This document shows, one piece after another, positions 35,138 to 44,256 of a stretch of DNA of 64,000 bases. Made by a program: the position numbers and the translations under genes. The notes beneath the pieces were generated by a model, which saw only the letters and a program-made list of their open reading frames with translations, did no database searches and had not been told where the DNA came from. Numbering within the stretch: position 1 is the first letter of the stretch; each line of letters opens with the position of its first letter. Origin of the DNA: Bacteroidales bacterium (GTDB lineage: Bacteria; Bacteroidota; Bacteroidia; Bacteroidales; UBA3663); contig JAFWRO010000018.1 of assembly GCA_017519885.1 (NCBI GenBank), positions 3,325 to 67,324 of the forward strand. The letters run 5' to 3'.

Positions 35138-36088
35138 CCTCACGAGGAGGAAGGAAAAGAGGGAGGTGAGGCGATTCTTGAAGCGGGCTCGGGAATCGCG
35201 GATACTTTCGGAACGTAAGGTTTTGATGTGCTGCCAGCAACGATGGGCCATAGCCTTGTTGGCATCGGTGTGAGGCTGACGCGACAAGAGACGGAGGATG
35301 TTGAAGGCAACGCTTAGGCGACGTTCGCGGGCTGCACGAACGTATTCAGGCTGACCCGTCACCATAAATTGTGCCTCAAGGGTCTCGAGCACCTCGAAGG
35401 CGTCGTTTCGACGAATGGAGAGGCTGTTGAGCGTACCGCTATCCTGCTTGAAATAGAAATACATCGGGACATCGACCCACACCATACGCTGAATGCGAGG
35501 ATAGACCTGCGCCATAGCATACAGATCCTCATAAACGCGATAGACAAGGGGGAAACGCAGTCCTTCGAAAAGGGAACGACGGAAGAGTTTGCAGGGCGAA
35601 GAGTCGGCCATACCCTGCTGATAGAGCATACTAAGCATTGCCTGTTCGGCGGTCAGCACCTTCGTCTGATAGTCCCTTGAAAGGGATTGCCTCAGTCGAT
35701 CTTGACCATAGTCACTGCGTTTCGATTCGGGAATAATCTGATAAGGCGACTGGACGATGTCGGCCTGATGCCGAACCATTTCTCCTGCCAATACCTCAAG
35801 ATACCTCTCATGTACAACATCGTCGCAATCGATGAAGGCGATGTATTCCCCACCAGCCACCTCAAGCCCTTTGTTGCGGGCAGCCGAGGGACCTCCATTC
35901 GGCTGATGAAACACCGTGACACGCGCATCGCGGCAGGCATAGTCGTCGCAAACGTCCCCGCTCCCATCGGTCGAACCATCATCGACGACGATGACCTCGA
36001 TGTCGCGATAGGTTTGCGACAACACCGAGTCGAGGCAAGCGGGAAGGTAGGCTACCGCGTTAAATACAGGTATAATAACGGTGATCAC
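35135..36088 (-). CDS. family 2 glycosyltransferase
   Basis: N-terminal VIIPVFN......CLDSVLSQTY.DIEVIVVDDGSTDGS plus a DCDD motif. The apparent start is GTG. Confidence 0.85.
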   Translation of the reverse strand: MITVIIPVFNAVAYLPACLDSVLSQTYRDIEVIVVDDGSTDGSGDVCDDYACRDARVTVFHQPNGGPSAARNKGLEVAGGEYIAFIDCDDVVHERYLEVLAGEMVRHQADIVQSPYQIIPESKRSDYGQDRLRQSLSRDYQTKVLTAEQAMLSMLYQQGMADSSPCKLFRRSLFEGLRFPLVYRVYEDLYAMAQVYPRIQRMVWVDVPMYFYFKQDSGTLNSLSIRRNDAFEVLETLEAQFMVTGQPEYVRAARERRLSVAFNILRLLSRQPHTDANKAMAHRCWQHIKTLRSESIRDSRARFKNRLTSLFSFLLVR

Positions 36089-36139
36089 GGAATAATTATA
36101 AAATAAGTAACTATTCAGAATTAACTATACATATTTTTC

Positions 36140-36248
36140 TTTTAACACGAATTATCGCGAATTATCATAAATTTTTCAGTATGTGTCTATATATGACCCA
36201 CCTTGCATAATAATAATTCATGTCAATTCATGATAATTCGTGTTAAAA
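36140..36248. repeat. 17 bp perfect inverted repeat TTTTAACACGAATTATC / GATAATTCGTGTTAAAA flanking 75 bp
   Basis: The arms are 36140-36156 and 36232-36248. They extend imperfectly by ~10 bp (GAATTATCAT versus ATGTCAATTC). The repeat lies in the AT-rich spacer between fmt and the GT2 gene. Confidence 0.8.
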
Positions 36249-36301
36249 AACAACGCATATAATTATCGTTAATTTTGGTTACATACTTAATTATTTACGG
36301 T

Positions 36302-36335
36302 CAACTCTAAACTCTCAACTCTAAACTCTAAACCC
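36302..36335. repeat. short phased array CAACTCTAAA CTCTCAA CTCTAAA CTCTAAA CCC overlapping the fmt stop
   Basis: The reverse complement gives GGGTTTAGAG TTTAGAG TTGAGAG TTTAGAG units, the same style as the GGTTTGAGAG arrays. Confidence 0.6.
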
Positions 36336-37301
36336 ATTTAGCAAAGCACGGACATCCATACGCTTCTTGCCGGGGAGCTGGAGCTCTTCGAGCGAGAGGA
36401 TGCCGTCGGCACAGGTGATGTGGATGTAGCTGCGATTGTCGGTATCAATCCTGCCGATGGCTTCAGTGGGTTGCGGAGTTCCTTCGCTCACAATGCGGGT
36501 GCGGAACACCTTGACAGGCGAAAGTCCTGCGAGAGTGGTCCAAGCAGCTGGATAGGGCGAGAGGCCACGCACCAGGTTGTGCAAAGAGCGCACCGACTGG
36601 TCGAAATGCAATTCGCAAGTCTCCTTGAAGATCTTGGGAGCAGGACGCAGTTCGTCGATGCCGGTCGAGGCCTTCAGGTCCTGAAGGAGCGTATTCTGGT
36701 CGATGGTGGGAACGCGACTGAGTTCGCCATCAGCCTCAAGCAGCAGATCGACAGTGCGCGTAACCAACCCCTTGCCCATCTCCATCATACGATCGTGCAG
36801 CGAACCAACATTCTCCTCTGCTCCAATCTCAAGGGGTTGCTTGAGGATGATACGGCCCGTGTCAATCTGATGGTCAAGGAAGAAAGTAGTGGCACCCGTA
36901 ACCTTATCACCATTGATGACTGCCCAATTGAGGGGCGCTGCACCTCGATACTGTGGGAGAAGAGCAGCATGCAGATTGAACGTACCCAACCGCGGCATAG
37001 CCCATACCACTTCGGGCAGCATACGGAAGGCAACGACAATCTGAAGGTCAGCTCGCCAAGCACGCAATGCTTCAAGGAACGATTCGTCCTTGAGCTTTTC
37101 GGGCTGAAGGAGCGGGAGATTATGATCGAGTGCATATTGCTTGACGGGACTATACTGCACCTTGTGTCCGCGACCAGCCGGCTTGTCGGGCATTGTGATG
37201 ACACCGACAACATTATAGCCGCCTGTGACCAGCGCATCGAGTGTGGGCACCGCGAAATCGGGCGTGCCCATGAATACTATTCGGATATCCTGTTTCTGCA
37301 T
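36321..37301 (-). CDS. fmt: methionyl-tRNA formyltransferase
   Basis: IVFMGTPDFAV N-terminus, the HAALLPQYRGAAPLNWAVING formyltransferase core and a C-terminal tRNA-binding domain. Confidence 0.95.
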   Translation of the reverse strand: MQKQDIRIVFMGTPDFAVPTLDALVTGGYNVVGVITMPDKPAGRGHKVQYSPVKQYALDHNLPLLQPEKLKDESFLEALRAWRADLQIVVAFRMLPEVVWAMPRLGTFNLHAALLPQYRGAAPLNWAVINGDKVTGATTFFLDHQIDTGRIILKQPLEIGAEENVGSLHDRMMEMGKGLVTRTVDLLLEADGELSRVPTIDQNTLLQDLKASTGIDELRPAPKIFKETCELHFDQSVRSLHNLVRGLSPYPAAWTTLAGLSPVKVFRTRIVSEGTPQPTEAIGRIDTDNRSYIHITCADGILSLEELQLPGKKRMDVRALLNGFRV

Positions 37302-37353
37302 TGTTCCTATATATTATATAATGTGGCAAAAGAGAGCTTTCCCTTTGACGCGG

Positions 37354-37361
37354 CAAAGATA
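37354..37361 (-). promoter_or_regulatory. Bacteroidota -7 promoter box (TAtcTTTG on the minus strand) for fmt
   Basis: Plus strand CAAAGATA, about 53 nt upstream of ATG 37301. Confidence 0.5.
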
Positions 37362-37467
37362 CGCGTTTTGCTGCAATTTTCCAAATTTTTGAAAAGAAAA
37401 AAAATGAACCGCAACGTGGATGGCCCATCATTGCGGTTCACATTATTCAAGTCAGGAAGTAATCGAA

Positions 37468-40377
37468 TTACTTCTTGGCGACAGCCTCAGCTTTAGCCTC
37501 CTTCTTGCCCATCCAGTAATAGGCAGCAGGAACGGCGAGGAAGATGGTGGTCAATGGGTCGACTACAACACCGAGCAACATAGCGAAGATGAAGCTGCGG
37601 ATGGTAGCACCACCGAGCACGAAGATCACGATCAGTACCAAGAGGGTAGAGATGGAGGTGTTCAACGTACGTGGCATAGTGGCGTTGAGGGCCTCGTTGA
37701 CAATATTGTAGCGAGTCTTGTTGGGATAAAGGGTGCTCACCTCACGGATACGGTCGAATACGACCACGATATCGTTGATTGAGTAACCGATTACGGTCAA
37801 AATGGCTGCAATGAACGCCTGGTCGATCTCCATCGAGAATGGCATGATGGATGGGAGCAAGCAGTAAAGACCCAGGATGACGAGGGTATTGGCTGCAAGG
37901 CCCAGAATAGCGCCAATCGAGAATGCCACGTTGCGGAAACGCAAGAGGATGTAGAGGGCGATGGCGATGAGCGAGAGGATGATGGCTACGATAGCGCCGT
38001 AGGTGATATCCTCAGCAATCGAAGGACCAACCTTCTGGGTAGAAGGAATGTTATCCTCATTGTTGAATGCCTCGAAATCGGTGCTTACATAACCCAGTTC
38101 CTTACCGGCATCGTAGATGGCCTGCTTCATGATGAGGTTGGCCTGTGCATCGTCGGCAGCATTGAGGTCGTAGTTGGTGGTGATACGAACCTGGTTGTCG
38201 CGGCTGATGGTGATGACCTTGATCGAAGCATCACCCAGCGTGGCGTTGTTCTCAAGTTTCTCAGCAAGAGCCTCGTTATCGACGGCACCCACCTCGTTGA
38301 AGGCAACCACATAGTTGCGACCGCCCGTGAAGTCGATACCCTTCTCAAGGCCTGGGAAGAACATCAGGACGATAGCCAGCACAGCGATGACGGCATACAC
38401 CTTGGTGGTGAAATAACCCTTCTTCACGAAGTCGATGTGGGTAGGCTTGAGCAAACCAGAGAGTGCACCAGTGAAGGTGAGGTTCTTGAACCAGCCCTTG
38501 CCAAGAGCCCACTCGAAGAAGATACGGCTCAGGAAGACGGCGCTCACGAACGAGGTGATGATACCGATGATGAAGGTGACGGCGAAACCACGGATAGGAC
38601 CTGTACCGAAGTAGTAGAGAATGATACCGGTGATCAACGAGGTCAAGTTGGCATCGAAGATGGCGCTGAACGCATTGCGATAGGCAGCATCAACAGCCGA
38701 ACGGAGCTGCTTGCCGCTGGCAAGCTCTTCCTTGGCACGCTCGTAGATAAGTACGTTGGCATCCACAGCAATACCCATGGAGAGCACGATACCGGCGATA
38801 CCCGAAAGGGTAAGCACAGCATGGAAGCTCGAAAGGATACCGAGTGTGAAGAAGGCATTGATCAAGAGGCAGCAGTCGGCCACGAGACCTGCGGTGACGC
38901 CATAGAAGAGCACCATGTAGATGAAGAGGAGCACGAGGGCCACGATGAACGAAATCACACTGGCCTTGATTGACTCAGAACCGAGGGTAGGACCAACCAC
39001 GTCCTCAGACACGATGTTGACCTTGGCAGCCATCTTACCCGACTTGAGCACGTTGGCCAAGTCGTTGGCTTCCTCAGTGTCGAAGTTACCGGTGATCTGC
39101 GAACGGCCACCCGTAATCTCCTGGTTGACGCGAGGAGCAGAATAAACCACATCATCAAGCACGATAGCGACGCACTTGCCTACGTTCTCCTTGGTGAGCT
39201 TGGCCCAGGTGTTACCAGCCTCAGGAGTCATGGTCATGCTGACCTGATACTCGTTGTGAATCTGCTCGAAGTCGGCAGAAGCATCAACTACGATGTCGCC
39301 ACCCTTGGTTGCATCGGGAAGAGATGGATGACCGAGGTTGTCGTGTGCCTTAAGGGCATAGAGCTGATACCAGAGACCCTTGTCGTCGAACGACTTGACG
39401 CTCCAGGCAAGCTTCAGCTTACGTGGGAAGGCATCCTTGTACTGCTTCTGGTTGAAGAGGGCATTGAGGGCAGCGGTATCGCTCGACTGAGCAACGGCAA
39501 TCACCGGACCCTGGTCGCCAAACACCTGCACGCGGGCAGCAAGGCTGTTCTGCATAGCATTGGCAAGTGCAACGCTATCGACAGCGGCACTATCGCTGGC
39601 TACAGGAACGTTCTTCTGAGCCTCGGCCATAAGCATGTTCTGGAATGCGCCAGCAATCTCACCGGCCTGATAAGTCTCCCAGAACTCAAGATTGGCAGAA
39701 CCCTGAAGAAGCTTCTTCACACGTTCGGGCTCCTTCACGCCAGGCAGCTCGACAAGAATGCGGCCAGCCTGCTGGAGACGCTGGATGTTAGGAGCAACTA
39801 CACCGAAACGGTCGATACGGTTACGGAGCACATTGAACGAGTTCGAAAGAGCAGACTCCATCTCGCTCTTGATGATCGATACAACCTCAGCATCGCTGGT
39901 GCTCTTGGTGATCTTCTCCTTGAGCTGATAGGTGCTGAAGACGTCGGCCAGCTTTCCAGTTGGGTCGATCTTCTTGTAGTTGGCGGCGAAAGCATCGACA
40001 AAGTTGTCGCCGCTCTCTACCTCACCTGCATTCTGAGTTTCAGCCAGTGCCTGCACGAAAGTGGGGTTCTGGGCGTTCTCGGCAGCGAGTGACTTGAGCA
40101 CATCGGCTACAGAGATCTCAAGAATAACGTTCATACCTCCCTTCAGGTCCAGGCCGAGGCCCACCTGCATCTCCTGTGCCTGCTTGAAGGTCTTACCCAA
40201 CCAGACAGTCTCATTGGAGATGGAATCCAAGAAATACTTGGCTGAATTGCCTGTTTCTGCAGCGTATGCTTCGGCCTTCTTTTCTACACGACGCACTCCG
40301 TAGGAGAACGAGATGTAGTAGGCGCAAAGTAAAGCGAGCAAGACGGCAATCACACTTACAAATCCTTTGTTTTGCAT
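37468..40377 (-). CDS. secDF: protein translocase subunit SecDF (fused SecD-SecF)
   Basis: 969 aa with a large periplasmic loop after TM1 and two 6-TM SecD/SecF blocks (GLDLKGG, ...IDFTGG...). Confidence 0.95.
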   Translation of the reverse strand: MQNKGFVSVIAVLLALLCAYYISFSYGVRRVEKKAEAYAAETGNSAKYFLDSISNETVWLGKTFKQAQEMQVGLGLDLKGGMNVILEISVADVLKSLAAENAQNPTFVQALAETQNAGEVESGDNFVDAFAANYKKIDPTGKLADVFSTYQLKEKITKSTSDAEVVSIIKSEMESALSNSFNVLRNRIDRFGVVAPNIQRLQQAGRILVELPGVKEPERVKKLLQGSANLEFWETYQAGEIAGAFQNMLMAEAQKNVPVASDSAAVDSVALANAMQNSLAARVQVFGDQGPVIAVAQSSDTAALNALFNQKQYKDAFPRKLKLAWSVKSFDDKGLWYQLYALKAHDNLGHPSLPDATKGGDIVVDASADFEQIHNEYQVSMTMTPEAGNTWAKLTKENVGKCVAIVLDDVVYSAPRVNQEITGGRSQITGNFDTEEANDLANVLKSGKMAAKVNIVSEDVVGPTLGSESIKASVISFIVALVLLFIYMVLFYGVTAGLVADCCLLINAFFTLGILSSFHAVLTLSGIAGIVLSMGIAVDANVLIYERAKEELASGKQLRSAVDAAYRNAFSAIFDANLTSLITGIILYYFGTGPIRGFAVTFIIGIITSFVSAVFLSRIFFEWALGKGWFKNLTFTGALSGLLKPTHIDFVKKGYFTTKVYAVIAVLAIVLMFFPGLEKGIDFTGGRNYVVAFNEVGAVDNEALAEKLENNATLGDASIKVITISRDNQVRITTNYDLNAADDAQANLIMKQAIYDAGKELGYVSTDFEAFNNEDNIPSTQKVGPSIAEDITYGAIVAIILSLIAIALYILLRFRNVAFSIGAILGLAANTLVILGLYCLLPSIMPFSMEIDQAFIAAILTVIGYSINDIVVVFDRIREVSTLYPNKTRYNIVNEALNATMPRTLNTSISTLLVLIVIFVLGGATIRSFIFAMLLGVVVDPLTTIFLAVPAAYYWMGKKEAKAEAVAKK

Positions 40378-40424
40378 TGTTGAAAATATTTGATTTTACT
40401 TAATTTTTTCGCATATTTCGGGCG

Positions 40425-40432
40425 CAAAGTTA
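40425..40432 (-). promoter_or_regulatory. Bacteroidota -7 promoter box (TAacTTTG on the minus strand) for secDF
   Basis: Plus strand CAAAGTTA, about 48 nt upstream of ATG 40377. Confidence 0.5.
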
Positions 40433-40528
40433 AATAAAATAATTGAAATCACGAAAAAAAACCTAAAAAAAAGCACTTTTTTTACTCTTTTTTATGTATG
40501 TGTGACTATTTTTGTGTATCTTCGCGGC

Positions 40529-42595
40529 ATGTTTCGACACTTTTTGACAAAAAAACGTTCAAAATTAGCACCTCTTGCCGTCCTGTCGTTCGCAGGACTT
40601 TTGGGGTGTGCCAGTATCGGTTCGCCAGGTGGAGGACTCTACGACGAGACGCCTCCCGCGCTTGTGCGCAGCGAGCCCGCCGAAGCAGCGACGAGCGTCA
40701 ACAGGCAGAAGATCACGATGCGCTTCAACGAGAACATCAAGCTCGACAATGCCAACGAGAAAATGACCATCTCTCCACCGCAGGTCAAGGCGCCAACCAT
40801 CTCAAGCAATGCGAAAACGTTGACCATCGAACTGCGAGACACGCTGCAGGCCAATACTACATATACCATCGACTTGGGCGATGCTGTGCAGGACAACAAT
40901 GAAGGCAATCCGCTGGAAAACCTGTCGCTCACCTTTTCGACAGGCGACCACATCGATACGATGAAGGTGATGGGCACCTTGCTCAATGCCAAGGATCTGG
41001 AACCCGTCACCGGGGCTTTTGTTGGCATCTATGCCCTTAACGAGGATGGAATTTTTCCTGCTCGCGGTAAGGAGGGTGACTCCTTACAACTGGCCATCGA
41101 CTCCATAGTTGCCCTATATCCTGATTCCATCTTCAGCCTACGTCCCTTCGAACGTGCCGGCAAGACCGATTCCTACGGACGATTCACCATCAGCGGTGTA
41201 GGCCCTGGCAAGTATCGCATGTATGCCGTGAAGGATGGGAACACCAACTATATGTACGATGTCAACACCGAAGACATCGCCTTTGTCGATTCGCTCATTA
41301 TCCCTTCGGTCGGCAGTCATACCGCAAGCGACACCATCTGGAACCGCTTCGACAGCCTGAAGGTCGATTCCATCTACGTGCACGAGGTCACCGACTATTA
41401 TCCGAATGACCTGTGTCTGCGCATGTTCAACGAAGGTCATGTCATCCGCTATCTCGATGACATGAAATGGAAGGACAGCACCCAGATTACGCTCAACTTT
41501 GCCGCTCGGATGCCCGAACCTCCCGTCATCTCGTTGCTCGACGAAGAAGACCGTGGTCCTGCGAGATTAGACAAGGATGCCTGGCTCATCTGCGAACCCA
41601 ATCCGACCAACGACACCCTCGTCTATTGGCTGCGCGATTCGCTGGTATATCATCGCGATACGTTACACCTTACCGTGACCTATCCATTCACTCAGAATGG
41701 CATCGACATCATCCGCACCGACACAATGCACCTGGAGAAGCCTGAGATTAATGTGCCGGAAGATCAGCACCCGGAGGACAAGGACGACAAGAAGAAGAAA
41801 AAAAGACGCAAGAAAGATCAGGAAGAGGCACCCCAGGACACCCTTCCAAAGACTGTTTTCATGAGCATTAAGCTGCTCGACAGCAAAATTGACGTAGGAA
41901 AACGACCCCGCTTCGAAACTTCTGCCCCTCTCGACAGTCTAAATACCGAAGCACTCCATCTGGAGCAGCAAAAGGATACTATCTGGGTACCCCTCGATTT
42001 CGAGCTTGTGCAAGACAGCCTCCGTCTGCGTCGCTACACGCTCCATGCCAAGCCGCACTTCTCGCCAGGCCAAAACTATAGGCTCATCTGCGACTCAGCG
42101 TCGATGTTCGACATCTACGGACATCCCCTCGACTCCATCGCGATGACCTTCAGCGAGAAAAAGAGCGACGAATATGCCCACCTGCTGGTGAACGTACAGG
42201 GAGTAGAGGGCGAAGCTTTCGTCCAGCTCCTCAACGAGAAAGACAACCCCGTGCAGCAGGTAAGTGTAAAAAATGGCCAAGCCAGATTCCCACAGGCTCC
42301 CGTCGGCAAATGCTATGTCCGACTGGTGGAAGATCGCAACGGGAACGGCATCTTTGACGTAGGATCACTCGATGGCCGCATCCAGCCTGAGAACGTCTTC
42401 TATCTTCCCAAGATGCTCGAAATGCGCGAGAACTGGGACTACAGCGAGACCTGGAATGTGCGCGCCACTGAGCTTGACAAACAGAAACCTGATGAACTGA
42501 AGCAGAACAAGCCGAAGGAAAAGAAGGAAAAGAAGAGCAAGAACGAGGAATATCTCGAGAAACATCCAAACTTAAGAAAGAAACTTAACAAATAA
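40529..42595 (+). CDS. lipoprotein with an N-terminal Ig-like (SbsA/Big_5-like) domain and a Lys-rich tail
   Basis: ATG 40529 gives the lipobox LLGCAS. The segment DETPPALVRSEPAEAATSVNRQKITMRFNENI resembles Big_5 domains. KK-rich low-complexity segments are present. Confidence 0.5.
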   Translation: MFRHFLTKKRSKLAPLAVLSFAGLLGCASIGSPGGGLYDETPPALVRSEPAEAATSVNRQKITMRFNENIKLDNANEKMTISPPQVKAPTISSNAKTLTIELRDTLQANTTYTIDLGDAVQDNNEGNPLENLSLTFSTGDHIDTMKVMGTLLNAKDLEPVTGAFVGIYALNEDGIFPARGKEGDSLQLAIDSIVALYPDSIFSLRPFERAGKTDSYGRFTISGVGPGKYRMYAVKDGNTNYMYDVNTEDIAFVDSLIIPSVGSHTASDTIWNRFDSLKVDSIYVHEVTDYYPNDLCLRMFNEGHVIRYLDDMKWKDSTQITLNFAARMPEPPVISLLDEEDRGPARLDKDAWLICEPNPTNDTLVYWLRDSLVYHRDTLHLTVTYPFTQNGIDIIRTDTMHLEKPEINVPEDQHPEDKDDKKKKKRRKKDQEEAPQDTLPKTVFMSIKLLDSKIDVGKRPRFETSAPLDSLNTEALHLEQQKDTIWVPLDFELVQDSLRLRRYTLHAKPHFSPGQNYRLICDSASMFDIYGHPLDSIAMTFSEKKSDEYAHLLVNVQGVEGEAFVQLLNEKDNPVQQVSVKNGQARFPQAPVGKCYVRLVEDRNGNGIFDVGSLDGRIQPENVFYLPKMLEMRENWDYSETWNVRATELDKQKPDELKQNKPKEKKEKKSKNEEYLEKHPNLRKKLNK

Positions 42596-42609
42596 ATATC
42601 AAAAATCAG

Positions 42610-43491
42610 ATGCTACGCCGTCTCACCCTATTCCTTATTATTATCGCGTGCGCGTATGCACCAGCCATTTATTCAGCAGCCCCCATCGCTCCACAGGAGC
42701 AGGCTGCCTGGGCAGCATCCAACACTCCGGAGAATCTGGAGTACAATATCTATTTCCATATCGGACTCATCAATGCCAAGGCTGGCTTCGGCAAGTTGAG
42801 TTTCACGAAAGAGACCGACAAGAATGGACAAACCGTCTATCATAGCAAACTCGCCGGCAAGTCGCTAAGTATCGTGGAGCATATCATGAGAGTACGTGAT
42901 ACGCTCGACTGCTACTTCAACGAGGATATGGTGCCCCTGCGCTTCCGCAAAGGAACTCACGAGGGCAGCTACAATGCGCTGGCCAACTATTACTACCGTC
43001 ATCATTGGCATAACAAAAGTGCTGCCGACACGAAGAACGTTGGTTCAGCAGGGCAGCCGAACCGACGTCTCAACGACGTTGACAGCACCAGTGTAGTCCT
43101 CAAGCGTTGGCGCAAGAAAGGCAAGGAAGACGCCGTGAACCGTGAAGTGCACTTCACCAACGAAGGTCCGGCCTACGATATGCTTTCGGTATTCTATTCA
43201 GTTCGCCACCTCGACTACGAGCACATGAAGAAAGGCAAACGGATGAAGTTCGTGTGCTATGACGGTATCACCCAGCAGATCATCAATGTAGATTATTGTG
43301 GCGTCGAGAAATGCGAGATGCGCAACGGGAAGACACACAAGGCCTTCCTCATCGATCTGAATTTCGCAACCAAGGGGCAGGACAGTACACCACTCAAAGT
43401 CTGGCTTTCGACCACCCCCGATCATCGTCCCCTCAAGGCCATCATCGGACTGAAGCGCATCGGATCAATCCGATGTGAGATACAGGAATAG
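42610..43491 (+). CDS. secreted DUF3108-like protein
   Basis: It has a signal peptide. The family name is recalled from gene context and the YNIYFHIGLINAKAGFGKLSF segment, and is not verified. Confidence 0.4.
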   Translation: MLRRLTLFLIIIACAYAPAIYSAAPIAPQEQAAWAASNTPENLEYNIYFHIGLINAKAGFGKLSFTKETDKNGQTVYHSKLAGKSLSIVEHIMRVRDTLDCYFNEDMVPLRFRKGTHEGSYNALANYYYRHHWHNKSAADTKNVGSAGQPNRRLNDVDSTSVVLKRWRKKGKEDAVNREVHFTNEGPAYDMLSVFYSVRHLDYEHMKKGKRMKFVCYDGITQQIINVDYCGVEKCEMRNGKTHKAFLIDLNFATKGQDSTPLKVWLSTTPDHRPLKAIIGLKRIGSIRCEIQE

Positions 43492-43497
43492 ACTCAA

Positions 43498-44199
43498 TCA
43501 ACTGAATTCAACAATAGCACTTGCTTCCCCGTGGATATCGAGCGAAACGACTATCGTCTCGCCAATGTGATAAACCACGGGGACTAGTATATCTCCAAGT
43601 TTGGCTGGAATGCGATATTCCAGACGAAGGTTCTTCACCTCAAAGTCTGCGGGCAGTAACTCCATGGCCATGCGCACGTAATTGGCATTGTTGACATGCT
43701 TGTTGTAGTCAATATCGGCACGCAATACAGAAATCGGGTCACAAACCACTCCCCCTTCTTTGGGCAGGATGATGCGTCGTTCACCATAGTTCATTTCCAG
43801 CTGAGAATCAAGATGCATCGAAGCGATAGCATCAGCTCCCACGCGCTTCAGCTTGCCTGTCGATTTATCCACAAAGGCGCCCATACTCCACGTCTTGTAG
43901 CAAGGTTCCCCATTTGAATCATAGATGAACGTATTGCGGAATCCGAACATTGGCTTCATATCATAGACCGATGTCGTCACCGTCAGTTCTTCCTTGTAAC
44001 TGGGGACGCGGACGATTTCGACCACACGCGAAGCCAGGAGCTGGGTCATGTTCTGTTGGGTGAAAAACTGTTGGATGCCAGGTTCGCTGTCAATCCACAT
44101 CTCAGAGCAGTCCTGCATCATCTGGAGGGCTGAATATAACTTCAACCGACCTTCGCTATCGCAGGTACTGGTGGTAACCTTAAAGTGTAAACTGTACAT
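43498..44199 (-). CDS. acyl-ACP thioesterase
   Basis: Double hot-dog layout of ~230 aa. DIDYNKHVNNANYVRMAMELLP is characteristic of FatA/B-like thioesterases. Confidence 0.7.
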   Translation of the reverse strand: MYSLHFKVTTSTCDSEGRLKLYSALQMMQDCSEMWIDSEPGIQQFFTQQNMTQLLASRVVEIVRVPSYKEELTVTTSVYDMKPMFGFRNTFIYDSNGEPCYKTWSMGAFVDKSTGKLKRVGADAIASMHLDSQLEMNYGERRIILPKEGGVVCDPISVLRADIDYNKHVNNANYVRMAMELLPADFEVKNLRLEYRIPAKLGDILVPVVYHIGETIVVSLDIHGEASAIVEFS

Positions 44200-44256
44200 G
44201 TAAGATTTTTAAGTGATGAGTAATGAGTGATGAGTTTTGGGGAATAACGTCAAAAA

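Noticed and set aside
36157-36231. An invertible promoter between the 17 bp inverted repeats.
   Set aside because: There is no TAnnTTTG box in either orientation within the 75 bp segment and no nearby recombinase. Only the bare inverted-repeat observation is kept, as a low-interest finding.
40516-40523. TATCTTCG as a promoter box for the Ig-like lipoprotein gene.
   Set aside because: It is an imperfect match (TTCG rather than TTTG) and lies only 6 nt from the ATG.
44211-44242. AAGTGATGAGTAATGAGTGATGAGTTTTGGGG as another member of the phased-repeat family.
   Set aside because: It has only two GTGATGAG copies and a different unit design, which is too weak to classify.
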